Virus record (IMG/VR): IMGVR_UViG_3300006077_000002
Span: 1 to 64,000 of that record
Length of the DNA stretch: 64,000 bases
Direction: 5' to 3' (one strand)
Origin: a virus
Shown here: in pieces, positions 48,201-57,531 of the stretch
How the letters are laid out: the number at the start of each line of letters is the position of its first letter
How positions within the stretch are numbered: the first letter of the stretch is position 1
Notes under the pieces: model-generated
Told to the model about the DNA's origin: nothing
Databases searched by the model: none
Seen by the model: the letters and a program-made list of their open reading frames with translations, nothing else
Made by a program: the position numbers and the translations under genes

Positions 48201-49304
48201 ACCATCACGAGCTGCATTAGCAACAGCAAATAGTCCTGCGGCTGCTGCAGAGTATTGTGCAGTAGTCTTTACTTTGTGAGCAAACGTAGTGTTACCACCA
48301 GTTCCTCCTCCAGGTCTAGGAGCACTATTTGTAGCTTGCCTACGTGCCTGAGCGTTTGCTGCAGCGGCTAGAGCAAGCTGTGTTTTAGCCTGTTGTACTT
48401 GACGATTATTCTCAAGAGCAATCTTATTCTTTATTCTTAGAAGCTCAGCAGCTTCTTGAGTAAGACGTTTAGCATCCTGAACAGTTGAATCATTAAGAAC
48501 AGCTTGTTTTCTATTCTCAGTATTTATCGCATGGTCAATTGCTAATTGTTGTTTTTTAGCTAGAAGTGTTTTATCATTAGCAAGCAAAGAGACTTTATCA
48601 AGACGTGCCTGTTCTTTATCTAAAGCAAGTTGGTTTCTCTGTGCAGTTAGTGTTGAATTATTGAGTCTAGCCTGTTGTGAAGCCAGTGATATTGCTTCCT
48701 TGTCAACTGCAAGCTGAATCTTCTTAGCTATAATAGTTGCATCATTTGCGATAGCTGTTTGTGATACTAGAGAGTTGCGTGCTTTATCTATAGCAAGTTG
48801 TGTTCTAGCAGTCTGTAAGCTTTTATCATTGGCAATTAGTGCCTGAGCTGCAAGGCGTGCTTTCTCTGCTGCTATCTTAGCTGCTGGAGAGTTTTTACGA
48901 ATCTGCTCTTCTTCTCTAACCTTCTTAGTAATATCAGATTGGGCTTTTGAGATTTCAATAAGAGAGACTTTAAGTTCTTTTTGTAATCTCTTTAACTTAT
49001 TCTTAGTCCTCTCTTCAAGCTTCCAGCCCTTAGCATTCCTATTACGAATTAGTTGTAGCTGTGCATCAACTGCCTTAGCAGCAGCACGAGCTTTATCAAG
49101 AGCTGCAGTATAACCAGCTGCACCATTAGGTCCTGCAAGTTCTTTAAGCTTATTTAGTATAGAAGAATAACGAGAGTCTTGCTTAGAGAGTCCTTTAAGT
49201 AAGTTCTCAGCCTCCTTCTCTACTTCTTTTGCAGACTGCTTATCAACAGTAAACACTGTTTGGTATTCAACCTTATATACTTGACCTGTACCTGTAACTG
49301 GCAT
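45219..49304 (-). CDS. Tail tape measure protein
   Basis: 1361 aa, Ala-rich and helical; C-terminal AYAKGGVV.SPT.F...MGEAGPEAIVPL. Confidence 0.93.
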   Translation of the reverse strand: MPVTGTGQVYKVEYQTVFTVDKQSAKEVEKEAENLLKGLSKQDSRYSSILNKLKELAGPNGAAGYTAALDKARAAAKAVDAQLQLIRNRNAKGWKLEERTKNKLKRLQKELKVSLIEISKAQSDITKKVREEEQIRKNSPAAKIAAEKARLAAQALIANDKSLQTARTQLAIDKARNSLVSQTAIANDATIIAKKIQLAVDKEAISLASQQARLNNSTLTAQRNQLALDKEQARLDKVSLLANDKTLLAKKQQLAIDHAINTENRKQAVLNDSTVQDAKRLTQEAAELLRIKNKIALENNRQVQQAKTQLALAAAANAQARRQATNSAPRPGGGTGGNTTFAHKVKTTAQYSAAAAGLFAVANAARDGALAIVEFDTASRTMAAVINGLSIPAAKELEDQLIGLGKAYGGTFEGINQAAILLGRAGVAQDKLAKSTEITIKLAKLTGDTLEVSSGAIVSYLEVFGKYGETVETLGDKLAFMANESRLSTQDIQTFSNYALAAADAAGLTVDAVSAVATQFSKAGVNASTIGTQIRSLTKTFLDGSKGVNKFFTELGVVQGNFQAELAAGGERSNAALIGLSKKLAGLTREEFNRITASMNILQRNSLALLRQQSEGISENIKTLTDGTHEGIKAADKILLGYVATWEKFKLTLVDLVIEMDTAAGASRGLFEGLERMAALIDGGPAAYAKMWKAHQKLAEAREESNKIAIIDEQILVATSAVQLTSLIKLKKAHEDKRKALEDESGVYRNQSKVLAEQDKLTEKQAIAAVARHTQFILDAKSQIAHFEKMKAKRIAYLKSQGKEIKTGFYDKRLKEEQAIIVESTKKIKFLNRSITDLNQAKDGASKKPIVGKNTIGHLKIATQDVRNLVAATKEFFKDNSLFDFAVDTKPLAQINEQLRGIDQQYNAIKNNNDSGGFLQGLADGNEAITLQKNSALIQKEIVSRKQESAALSGKELGEHNKITRTLESANKIIIEKIGLAKYLTELANVELSAKDRILKLETSTSQEKVKQIGIDAQALIDQNDKITVAEQQYQTAIAIHNVSRATAETEKSTLQALKDKTKEEEARLNVIKVTEQVALAQNSNYNKRDASLQKQLDAMTLMTGSAKELQVIEANRLAANEALSIEADKFKLTEEQKIALIAKQNVLYDRQAKQVSINTKLMVGALDAFNSSMSSALADSLEGIDSWADAAKGFRTALNRIIIELLVMGPIVEAIKKSMGDGASGSIGSAVGDFVVSLFNEKGNAFSGGSQLTAYAKGGVVSSPTLFPMSSGTGMMGEAGPEAIVPLTRTSGGDLGVKAQSPVVNVSVINNSSAEVTTATDDEGNIQFIIDTVTNSIASGIARGTGPVGTSIQSTFGVSR

Positions 49305-49313
49305 TTGCTACTC

Positions 49314-50009
49314 CTATTTAGTATCTTCTGATTGTCCTTCATAGTACTTAGCAACCTCAGACATCTTCTGGGAAGCTACTATGAAAAATACAGTTTGATT
49401 ACGAATACCTCCATCTTCTGGAAGTAATGATTGGTTCCTAAAAATATATGCCTCCATTGCTCTGTTACTCATCAGAGTATCAACTAACCCTATTGGGCAT
49501 ACAGTTGATACTCCATCAATAGTATCATAACGAATGTCAGGACTATATCCCTCTTTATTAAGGAATGGACAGTTCCTTAATCTATCTAATTTTCTGGATT
49601 GACAGGTCTCACAGTTCCAACTTTTATCTGAAAACCTTGGGTTGTGTTGAGTGTATAACGACGTACTAAGTGTAGCTATTGACTCTGGTGTATACATTGA
49701 TATTTTAAATATAAACTCAAGTAGTTCCCCAACCATCTCTGCAGGAAGTACTGATATAATATCTTTAGGTTTAACGGGTAAACCTTTAGCATCTATAATA
49801 TTCCTATAGTCAACTATACAATATTCAAAAAGAGTTCTCTCAATAGAATTAGAGTGTACTCCAGAAAGCTTACTGATTTCATCGGATAGGTGGTATGTAG
49901 AAAGAAAGTGGTAGGGGAATGTACGAATTAAGAACTCAGCTGGAGATGTGTCTCCTCGCTGAGCCTCTGGAGTATACCAGAGTTCGGTATGAAAGATTGC
50001 AGGTAGCAT
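49314..50009 (-). CDS. Tail assembly chaperone-like protein
   Basis: Position between tube and tape measure; CETC..CP..CP, LPEDGGI.NQ. Confidence 0.6.
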   Translation of the reverse strand: MLPAIFHTELWYTPEAQRGDTSPAEFLIRTFPYHFLSTYHLSDEISKLSGVHSNSIERTLFEYCIVDYRNIIDAKGLPVKPKDIISVLPAEMVGELLEFIFKISMYTPESIATLSTSLYTQHNPRFSDKSWNCETCQSRKLDRLRNCPFLNKEGYSPDIRYDTIDGVSTVCPIGLVDTLMSNRAMEAYIFRNQSLLPEDGGIRNQTVFFIVASQKMSEVAKYYEGQSEDTK

Positions 50010-50014
50010 TGGAG

Positions 50015-50425
50015 CTACTCTTCAACGTCTGCAAAAAACAATTGGAATGTAGATGGGTCTCTACTAATTGCTGAGATTGCGTTTGAGATTTCAGTAATCA
50101 TGTCTGAAGGAATAATTCCAACTGACTCTGCTGCTGCTTCTCCGCTGATATCTTTTACCAGCACATGCTCTTTGCCATCATCATCATTAATGTTTTCCCA
50201 AGAGACGAGAGTCTTTTGAACAACTTTGAATGAGTATGAACCTGACGCAAGGAACATTGTATCTTCACCTTTTTTAACTACTACTTCATCTTCAAGTAAC
50301 AATAGGTCACGAGAATCAAGAGGTTTAAGATATACTGTGAATGGGTTTTCTTGGCCCTTCTGAGAAGAAGGGATAAACTTATGTCCACCTTGTGGAGCTG
50401 AATTAACTACTAATGCCATGAGCAT
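50015..50425 (-). CDS. Tail assembly chaperone
   Basis: Position; LVSWENI.D..G motif. Confidence 0.65.
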   Translation of the reverse strand: MLMALVVNSAPQGGHKFIPSSQKGQENPFTVYLKPLDSRDLLLLEDEVVVKKGEDTMFLASGSYSFKVVQKTLVSWENINDDDGKEHVLVKDISGEAAAESVGIIPSDMITEISNAISAISRDPSTFQLFFADVEE

Positions 50426-50457
50426 TCCTTTTATTGTAATACTATATTTTTGTATAG

Positions 50458-50490
50458 CTTAAGTGGTAGGCCCGAAGGCTTACCTATAAG
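50458..50490 (-). terminator. UUCG-tetraloop hairpin after the tail tube gene
   Basis: Plus-strand GGTAGGCC-CGAA-GGCTTACC reads as a cUUCGg loop on the minus strand. Confidence 0.65.
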
Positions 50491-51645
50491 TTATACTGTT
50501 GGGAAGTAAACTGTAATTGTACGCTCGTTACCAACACAGTCAGGTGACTCAGCTTCAAAAGAAACCTCGTCGTATAAGATACCTGCATCATCAGTACGAG
50601 TTACTGTTACAAATTTCATTTGTGGAATATAAACACCACAAAGGATAGGAGCACCAGCATTACCGTCACGAAGTTCTAAACTGAACTCTCCACGGACAGA
50701 GTTAAGAAGAGCATCAAAATTTGTTGTACCAACGTACTCAGTTTTGAATGTTCCACTTACAACTTTTTCTGTACCAACTTTGTTAGTGATACCATCAGTT
50801 GTAATACTAAGGATATCAGTGTTAGTTGTAGCAACATCTACTGCCAAGTCTTGAGCCGTATAAGGAACTCCAAGAATTGTAACAACAGCATTCTTACCAA
50901 TTACTGGAGTAAGAATATCACAGTCAAGGTTAATTGCTGGTGCTGGAGTAGTTGTTCCAGAACCTGCACCTGCAACTGAGAAGTCAGCAGTAGCAATACC
51001 ACCAACTGGGAAAGCCAGTGCAGCAGTCTCAATCATACAACCACGATAGTCATAATCAATGTTATCGCCAGCAGTAGGCTTTAGGTGCTCACGGATAAGA
51101 AGTGATTTTACTTCAGTATCTGGGCGAGGCAAGATGAATGAAAGAACACCACTTGCTGATTCTCCACCTGTAGGAACTGCAGAAAGTGCTGGAGTTACAA
51201 CCAAGTCGTTAGTAGAAACTGAAACAACTTGTACATACTCTTTAGCACCACCAACAGTTACCTCAAGCATCTGACCACCAACGATACCAGTAGCATCAGT
51301 TAGTGTAAAGTTACTACCATCAACAGCACTTGCGATAGTTGTTGCAGTTGTGCTTGGAAGCTCAACACCAATACCATTTTTGTATAGGAGTTCAGCGTTA
51401 AGTACACCACCTACTAGACCTGAAATCTCAGTAGTAATATTTCCTGAGCTAGTTTCTTGTCCAGCAATAGATGCTAGTTTAACGAGTGAGTTACGAATAA
51501 CTGAGCGTTCAATTTGTTCGATATCAATCGAAATATCTCCAGCTGTGTAATCAAAATAGTCTGCGTCTGTAATGACGGTTGCTGGGTCTGCGTATGTTGC
51601 CTCTTCTTGAGCGGCGAGGCTTCGGCCTTTAGTTAAGAAAGCTAT
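50491..51645 (-). CDS. Major tail (tube) protein, ~384 aa, ATA start
   Basis: The frame stays open upstream of ATG 51270 to ATA at 51645 (xAFLTKGRSLAAQEEATYADP...) behind AAAGGA; no in-frame ATG/GTG/TTG upstream before a stop. Confidence 0.8.
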   Translation of the reverse strand: MAFLTKGRSLAAQEEATYADPATVITDADYFDYTAGDISIDIEQIERSVIRNSLVKLASIAGQETSSGNITTEISGLVGGVLNAELLYKNGIGVELPSTTATTIASAVDGSNFTLTDATGIVGGQMLEVTVGGAKEYVQVVSVSTNDLVVTPALSAVPTGGESASGVLSFILPRPDTEVKSLLIREHLKPTAGDNIDYDYRGCMIETAALAFPVGGIATADFSVAGAGSGTTTPAPAINLDCDILTPVIGKNAVVTILGVPYTAQDLAVDVATTNTDILSITTDGITNKVGTEKVVSGTFKTEYVGTTNFDALLNSVRGEFSLELRDGNAGAPILCGVYIPQMKFVTVTRTDDAGILYDEVSFEAESPDCVGNERTITVYFPTV

Positions 51646-51691
51646 GATAAGTCCTTTAAGTTTATATTGGGGATGGGTAGGCCCTAAGGCA

Positions 51692-52117
51692 TCAGGTACA
51701 TGGGTCCATTTTTACACGGACTTCAAGTACGATTGTGGCTCCACGTACGGGTGCCATCTCAGCATGGTCATAGTTAACAGATACAATATCTCTATCAACT
51801 ATATATTTCCAAATTTTGTTGTCATTTAAGATAGATGACTCAAGAGAGTCTACAATATCCATAAGAACTAAATTATCTTCACCAACATTGGCAGCAACAT
51901 AGACACTAAATAACATAGTTCTTAGGTATCCAGCCCTGCCAGCAGAGTTTGAGTCAAGTGTAAATACAACTGTCTCAAGGGTAACATCTACTGCAAGGTC
52001 TTCAGTAAGTTCTGAAAGTGGAGTAATATCATTCACAGTTACTTTAGGTTGTTGTGAGCTTGCCGAAATTAATTGGGAAAGCTCTTCAATAATTTGTCTA
52101 GTAAGTTGTGTACTCAT
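51692..52117 (-). CDS. Tail terminator-like protein
   Basis: Size and position upstream of the tube gene. Confidence 0.6.
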   Translation of the reverse strand: MSTQLTRQIIEELSQLISASSQQPKVTVNDITPLSELTEDLAVDVTLETVVFTLDSNSAGRAGYLRTMLFSVYVAANVGEDNLVLMDIVDSLESSILNDNKIWKYIVDRDIVSVNYDHAEMAPVRGATIVLEVRVKMDPCT

Positions 52118-52605
52118 TCAAATCCTCCATACTGAAGTCCCTCAACAGGTTGTAGAAGTTTCTCTACTCGTTTGCTAAGTTCCTTATAAATTTTCTGCTT
52201 AAAGTTAAAGAACCTACCTTGGATGTTATCATTATGATATTCTCCATAGTTAAAATCTCTTACAGTAAATGGCACAAACTCAGCGTATGCACCTGCTTTA
52301 ACTATTGGGTGAGTTCCACTTTTAGAAACTCGTGTATATGTTCTATGACCCAATGACCTCTCAAGGAGTCCAGAACATCTACCAGGGTACCCACCTGATG
52401 CTGAGTTCTGTGGACCATTCTTAGTTGCACAAGGGCTACTTAGTTTTACCTTAGCCCACTGTCTCCATAACGCAGCAGAGGAAGCTAATTGAGAACGAAG
52501 TTTAAGAGCATATTTTTTGGCTACACCTACATTAACTGCTTCCGCAATATCTAATAGCGTTTTACCTTTACCTATCTTTGTCTTCTTCTCAAAATGCATT
52601 AACAT
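52114..52605 (-). CDS. Neck / tail completion protein
   Basis: Basic protein; P.R.SG.L.RS motif; position. Confidence 0.6.
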   Translation of the reverse strand: MLMHFEKKTKIGKGKTLLDIAEAVNVGVAKKYALKLRSQLASSAALWRQWAKVKLSSPCATKNGPQNSASGGYPGRCSGLLERSLGHRTYTRVSKSGTHPIVKAGAYAEFVPFTVRDFNYGEYHNDNIQGRFFNFKQKIYKELSKRVEKLLQPVEGLQYGGFE

Positions 52606-52943
52606 TAGATAATCACTGATGCTGTAGGGGAATACATTCTATAAGTACTTGTGATGATATCTGGAAACTTATCTGAATAAGTAACTGAACCACCACCAGG
52701 ATTTTTTACAGAGTCAATAGTTGGTACGCTTTTTGTCTGTTGCTCATACTTAAATTTAGCATGAGAGTACATTGCGTATACTAGGTCAATAGGAATATCA
52801 TCAGGAGTTTCGTACTCATCAATATCAATTGCATGAACTGTCTTAACGTACTGAAAGACCATCTTAAGAATCATTGAATAAGTTTCTTCAGAGATATCAG
52901 AGATGTTCATCACTGACTTGAATTGTGTGAAAGAGAAACTCAT
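52605..52943 (-). CDS. Head-tail connector
   Basis: FK..MNI, IP.DL..A, SVTY...P; position after capsid. Confidence 0.65.
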   Translation of the reverse strand: MSFSFTQFKSVMNISDISEETYSMILKMVFQYVKTVHAIDIDEYETPDDIPIDLVYAMYSHAKFKYEQQTKSVPTIDSVKNPGGGSVTYSDKFPDIITSTYRMYSPTASVII

Positions 52944-52946
52944 CGG

Positions 52947-53162
52947 CTACTCCTCTGTGGGAACAGCTTTCTTAGTTCTCTTTTTACGGACAGGTTTAGC
53001 TGGTTCTACAGCCTCTGCCTCTACGACTAGTGTGAATGTTTTCTCACCAAATGTCTTGATATAATACTCAGCAATGCCATCTTCTAGCTCATACTCAGTA
53101 CCTGGCTCAAAACGCTTACCATTGGAATTCATGGCACCTGTACCATTATAAATAACTTTCAT
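52947..53162 (-). CDS. Small head-associated protein
   Basis: Basic tail KPVRKKRTKK; position after capsid. Confidence 0.6.
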   Translation of the reverse strand: MKVIYNGTGAMNSNGKRFEPGTEYELEDGIAEYYIKTFGEKTFTLVVEAEAVEPAKPVRKKRTKKAVPTEE

Positions 53163-53187
53163 GTTTATCCTTTGTGTTAAGTTCCAG

Positions 53188-53210
53188 TGGGAAGCCCGAA
53201 GGCTGCCCTA
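53188..53210 (-). terminator. UUCG-tetraloop hairpin after the capsid gene
   Basis: Plus-strand GGGAAGCC-CGAA-GGCTGCCC. Confidence 0.65.
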
Positions 53211-53227
53211 GGAACCTAATCGTTAGA

Positions 53228-54460
53228 TTAGATACGGTTTACGTTGATTCCAACAACAATGTTCTTGCGAGTTGCGTCGATTGCAGTAGGGTTACTGTCA
53301 AGACGGTCGAAGCGAGAGTTGAAGCCAGCACGTACACTACCAGTAGTGATGATGTGTTGGTTTACAATGTTACGGTCAATTTCCATAAGTGGTGTACCAG
53401 TTGCGTAGTAAACACAAGTCTCACGGTTAACCATTACGATTGAACTGAAGTCATCAGCAGTTCCACCAACTACACCAGTTGCATCAACTTGTGGTAGGTA
53501 CGGAGTCATAACAACAGGAATGTTGAATACAGAGTCTACTGGAGAACCAAATAGAGTTGCTGCACCAGCTGCTTTGTCACGAGTCAAGAATGCTGGAAGC
53601 ATACGTAACTGGTTATAAGAGTTTTGGTCAACAAGAATAACTACGTTACCCATTGATACTTCAAGGTCGTCTAGATAAACGCCACCAGCCTCTTGCATTG
53701 CAGAGATGTTTTTCAACCAATCTTCTTGAGCCAATGCTGCACCACCAAAGTCTACAGTTTGCTTGCCAAGTCCTAGTTTACGAAGACCTTTGAAAGCTTT
53801 CTTGTAAGAGTTAGCTGCAACACCTGCATCCATATGAGTAGCTGTATCGTCACCATTGATTACTGCTTGTTCGATTGCACGAGCAAGAGCGTCAACGATA
53901 CCGTTACGTACTTCAGTTGCAAGGTCAATCAATGCATCATCAAGAGCTTCGTATGATTTACGAACAACAGCCATACACTTGCTTACTAGGTAAATCATAG
54001 TGATGTAGCTTTCTGCCGAGTCAGTTCCGTCAGTAGCTTCGTTAGTTAAGAAACCTTCGATACCATGAACGGCAATTGAATCGTACTGACCTGGAGAAGT
54101 TTGCTTGAACGGGAACAATGCAGTAACAACTAGGCGAGACTGGATGTCTTGCCATAGTGTTCCAGTGAATCCACTTGGTAATAGTTCAGCGATATCAGTT
54201 GTTACACCAACAGCTTTGATACGAGAGTTAAGAGCATCAGATTCTACTTTAAGTAGAGGTGCTCCACCACGGATTGTTTTGATAATCAAACCAAGTTCAG
54301 CAGCACGTTGTGCATCAGCAGGAGCACCTTTAAGTGCAGTTGTAAGTGCGTCAGCAGGAGCTGATACAGCAGGGTTAGATGCAAGCTCTGCACCAGCAGA
54401 ATCAATCTCAGTTTTCATAGACTTAATAGCGTCAGCTACTAATGATTTAAGTTTAGACAT
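53228..54460 (-). CDS. Major capsid protein (HK97 fold)
   Basis: LP.GF...LW..IQ..L, S.EALDD, LARAIEQAVINGD, AFKGL, NIPVV; downstream of the protease. Confidence 0.92.
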   Translation of the reverse strand: MSKLKSLVADAIKSMKTEIDSAGAELASNPAVSAPADALTTALKGAPADAQRAAELGLIIKTIRGGAPLLKVESDALNSRIKAVGVTTDIAELLPSGFTGTLWQDIQSRLVVTALFPFKQTSPGQYDSIAVHGIEGFLTNEATDGTDSAESYITMIYLVSKCMAVVRKSYEALDDALIDLATEVRNGIVDALARAIEQAVINGDDTATHMDAGVAANSYKKAFKGLRKLGLGKQTVDFGGAALAQEDWLKNISAMQEAGGVYLDDLEVSMGNVVILVDQNSYNQLRMLPAFLTRDKAAGAATLFGSPVDSVFNIPVVMTPYLPQVDATGVVGGTADDFSSIVMVNRETCVYYATGTPLMEIDRNIVNQHIITTGSVRAGFNSRFDRLDSNPTAIDATRKNIVVGINVNRI

Positions 54461-54481
54461 AGTCTTCCTTTGTGTTTGGGT

Positions 54482-55591
54482 TTATTGCTCTTCATCGAAC
54501 ATAGCTGCGGCAATCTCTGCTACAACTTTCTTCTCTACAGCTTCTGCAAGCGTAGACACGGTTTCAAATACCTCTTCCAACTCTTCGTCGTTAAGGTCTT
54601 CAATTTTGATTTTAGAAAGAAGGTCAATTGCATCAGATAATGTCAACTGGACTTCTTCAGGTTCAGTAACTTCAGGCTCTACCTCAGGTTCTACCTTAGG
54701 CTCCTCTTCCACTACATCTTCCGAAGTCTTTGAAGGCTCTTCAGTTTCCTCGGTAGCAGGTTCTACTACCTCTTCAGGTTCAGGCGTTGCTTCTGCAACT
54801 TCTGCAGGAACGCTATCTGAAACTGCAGGTTCAGTAGAAGTGTCTTCCACGCCATCCTCAGTTCCATCTTCAGTTCCTGATACTGACTCTCCGTCAGGTT
54901 CAGTGTTATCAACCACGGTTGGCACTTCTTCATTCTCAATCTCTTTAATTACATCCACTGGCGAATCCTTTTTAGTAGATTTAAGAAGGCAACCGAGCGT
55001 ATCACATAGCTCAGGATTGTCTGCCTTCAAAGCGTCTGGTGAGACAACAGCTTTAGTAGTTACACCGTCTACACTTTTAATGACGGTTGAACTAAAGGTT
55101 GCTTCTGCCAAAGCTGGTGTTGAAACTACGGATAGTTCAAACAAATGAGATTTGGTAATCTCAATCATGTCATCCTCTGTCCAATCAATCTCTTCAACCA
55201 TAAGGCCCACTGAGAATGAATTAAGTAAACCAGCCTTAACGGCTTCGTATACATAGTTAGTCATTGAATCACCTGGAAGTTTTGTAACTTCAGCTGATAC
55301 ATAAAGTCCCTTAGCATCGTAAGACGCTGAGGTAACCTTACCAATAATCTTTGATTGGTCATGTTGGAAAAGTAAGGGGATGTTTCCAGTTTCAAGCCGA
55401 CTAACATCAATACCATATTGATTGATAGTCTCTCCGTCCAAGTCCACTGCTTTGTGTCCTGTGTCGGTAAAGCCTCTGGAAGCATACCCATTTAGCATTA
55501 TTGTTGGTAGTTCTCGTTGGTCTGTATCCATCATCTTAACTGAGTCAAGAGTGAAGGATTTAACCAGAGCGACTGCCTTGTCTAATTTCAT
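54482..55591 (-). CDS. Prohead protease with acidic C-terminal extension
   Basis: GYAS, D.DGE.I, LFQHD...IGK, SFSVG, LFELSVVSTPA. Confidence 0.92.
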   Translation of the reverse strand: MKLDKAVALVKSFTLDSVKMMDTDQRELPTIMLNGYASRGFTDTGHKAVDLDGETINQYGIDVSRLETGNIPLLFQHDQSKIIGKVTSASYDAKGLYVSAEVTKLPGDSMTNYVYEAVKAGLLNSFSVGLMVEEIDWTEDDMIEITKSHLFELSVVSTPALAEATFSSTVIKSVDGVTTKAVVSPDALKADNPELCDTLGCLLKSTKKDSPVDVIKEIENEEVPTVVDNTEPDGESVSGTEDGTEDGVEDTSTEPAVSDSVPAEVAEATPEPEEVVEPATEETEEPSKTSEDVVEEEPKVEPEVEPEVTEPEEVQLTLSDAIDLLSKIKIEDLNDEELEEVFETVSTLAEAVEKKVVAEIAAAMFDEEQ

Positions 55592-55618
55592 GGTATCTCC
55601 TCTTATAGAAAGTACATT

Positions 55619-55647
55619 CAGGTATCTTGTGCAGGAATGTTGGGATT
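55619..55647 (-). promoter_or_regulatory. Candidate late-promoter element (copy 1)
   Basis: Plus-strand CAGGTATCTTGTGCAGGAATGTTGGGATT; 28/29 identical to 58938-58966. Confidence 0.55.
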
Positions 55648-56992
55648 ACTCTTTAGGAGCGTTCTCAGCACCACCTGTAGACCCAGAGCCTGTACCATCT
55701 TGGTTCATACCATCTGTTGCATCGTTAGGAGCACCATCGGTAGGAGCAGCTATATCTGCACGAAGTGAGTCTTTAATGTCTGCGTATTCTTCAATAGGTA
55801 CAGGACTTGAACTCACAAGGTAAGCAGGTAGGAAGTGTAGGTTAGCATCTTCAGTTTCAAGAGGGTCCATCTCAAGGTATCCACGAGCTTCGTTAATTGA
55901 CATCAGGCCTAGCTTGTAGGCTTTCTCTGCAATCTCCATCTTAGTCTGAATAGAATCACTAAGAATATCAATGTCAGCAAAATCAAATACCACTTCAGCG
56001 TTTTGTAGCTTCAGGGTATTGCGAAAGTACTTAGTCATTTGATGGCCAAGGCTCTCGAAGATAGGACGAATCTGAATCTGGAAGAAAATCTGACTGGCTT
56101 TAACAACTGCTGCGTCAGATACATATCCCTGGTAATCACCTAGCAAGTACTCTGGCATACCAAATGCTCTTAGTACCTGTGTATTAATCTTAGTGATAGC
56201 TGTCATTACTTCCATAGGGTTCTGAGCTGTACTAACAGACTTTACATCTATGTCAGCGTTAAGATACATTGCTGTAGTCTTAGAACTTTGAACAAACTGT
56301 TGGAATGCTGCATGGATAGGAGCAATCTTTTCATCTGCAATTGGCTCTTTGGGAGTTACGATTACAGAGTCTTTAGCTCCAGAGCCATAGAACTCTTTCT
56401 GGTTAAGTACTAGGAAGCCTTGCATCTGCAGGATATCGTTCAGTGCTTTAAGACGACTGATTGGGTACACCAGGTTTGTTATATCAATTGTATTGTTAAC
56501 GTAGATTACATCTTTGGGTTTGAACTCAAGCTCATTACCCGCTTCAGTTGAATAGGTAAACTTACTTATCGTTGCCTTGGCAGTTGCATCAATCTCAAAC
56601 TTAGTTGTGTCGTAAGGATAGAAATTAATGTTACTACTTGGGCCTTTCTCAGCAATGATGATTGCTGCACCCTGTGTAAAGATACTTGAGAAAGTCTTGC
56701 GAAGGAAATCAGATTGACTGTCGGTCTCGTTAATGTCATACTTTAGGTCAATGTTCTTAATCTTGTAGGGCTTCATATCACCCTTAGAGTCTACTTTCAT
56801 AACCTCCATCTTAGCCATTGAGGCAATGTTAGCACACGTACGTATTACAGAGTCAAGTGTTTCAGCACTCTGTACATACTCATCATAGACTTTCTCAAAG
56901 GTTTTATTACCACCGTTCTCATACGCTGTGTAATCTTCTTTGACTGTTGGATTTTTTGTTCGTGTAAACATCTTTGTAAAAAAGTTTGCCAT
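55646..56992 (-). CDS. Portal protein
   Basis: 448 aa; AFGMP..LLG, SINEAR..L.M.P; between terminase and protease. Confidence 0.92.
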   Translation of the reverse strand: MANFFTKMFTRTKNPTVKEDYTAYENGGNKTFEKVYDEYVQSAETLDSVIRTCANIASMAKMEVMKVDSKGDMKPYKIKNIDLKYDINETDSQSDFLRKTFSSIFTQGAAIIIAEKGPSSNINFYPYDTTKFEIDATAKATISKFTYSTEAGNELEFKPKDVIYVNNTIDITNLVYPISRLKALNDILQMQGFLVLNQKEFYGSGAKDSVIVTPKEPIADEKIAPIHAAFQQFVQSSKTTAMYLNADIDVKSVSTAQNPMEVMTAITKINTQVLRAFGMPEYLLGDYQGYVSDAAVVKASQIFFQIQIRPIFESLGHQMTKYFRNTLKLQNAEVVFDFADIDILSDSIQTKMEIAEKAYKLGLMSINEARGYLEMDPLETEDANLHFLPAYLVSSSPVPIEEYADIKDSLRADIAAPTDGAPNDATDGMNQDGTGSGSTGGAENAPKE

Positions 56993-56994
56993 GC

Positions 56995-57351
56995 CTATCC
57001 TTTCACTTGATACTCAAGTTCATAAACAAAGGCCGAGCGACTCGTCACCTTCATCTTTAAAACAATTGATTTATTCTCCTGCCAGTCAGCGAGAGCAATT
57101 GTGAAGATGGCGTTAACCAACCCACAAGAACCCATCTGCATTGTAACCAGAGTGTTAGGGATAACTTCTTCGTTACGCCCATCCTTATAATACAGCTGTC
57201 CTGTGACACCTGCCATTTTATCAACGCCTACTGCGTCGTATATCTCCAGCTTAATAAAAGTCTGTACGTCAGGGTCTATACTAAATGTGTTTCCACCAGC
57301 ATCCCTAACCTCAAACTTCGAGTAGTTGAAGAAGTCATCTATAGTACTCAT
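56995..57351 (-). CDS. Hypothetical protein
   Basis: GAGGAG RBS; ORF track. Confidence 0.65.
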   Translation of the reverse strand: MSTIDDFFNYSKFEVRDAGGNTFSIDPDVQTFIKLEIYDAVGVDKMAGVTGQLYYKDGRNEEVIPNTLVTMQMGSCGLVNAIFTIALADWQENKSIVLKMKVTSRSAFVYELEYQVKG

Positions 57352-57471
57352 ATGAGTTGCTCCTCTAAAATTGTGTTAACTTCCTTCAGCCAAGGGGAAA
57401 GAATTAATTAAATGATTTAAACAATAAGTATTTAATACATAAAACATTTAATAATTAAATACTTAATGTAT

Positions 57472-57500
57472 ATTATACCTGAATTCCCCTTAATTGTCAA
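57472..57500 (-). promoter_or_regulatory. Consensus sigma70 promoter
   Basis: Minus strand reads TTGACA-N17-TATAAT exactly. Confidence 0.8.
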
Positions 57501-57531
57501 GGCCTTTTTGAACTAGTTCATTTCCTTAAGC

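Noticed and set aside
50009-50045. Programmed -1 frameshift between tail chaperones at TTG TTT TTT
   Set aside because: The -1 frame meets TGA a few codons later, before reaching the downstream ORF.
54105-55148. 347-aa plus-strand ORF and the many other antisense ORFs over structural genes
   Set aside because: Shadow frames of well-supported genes on the opposite strand.
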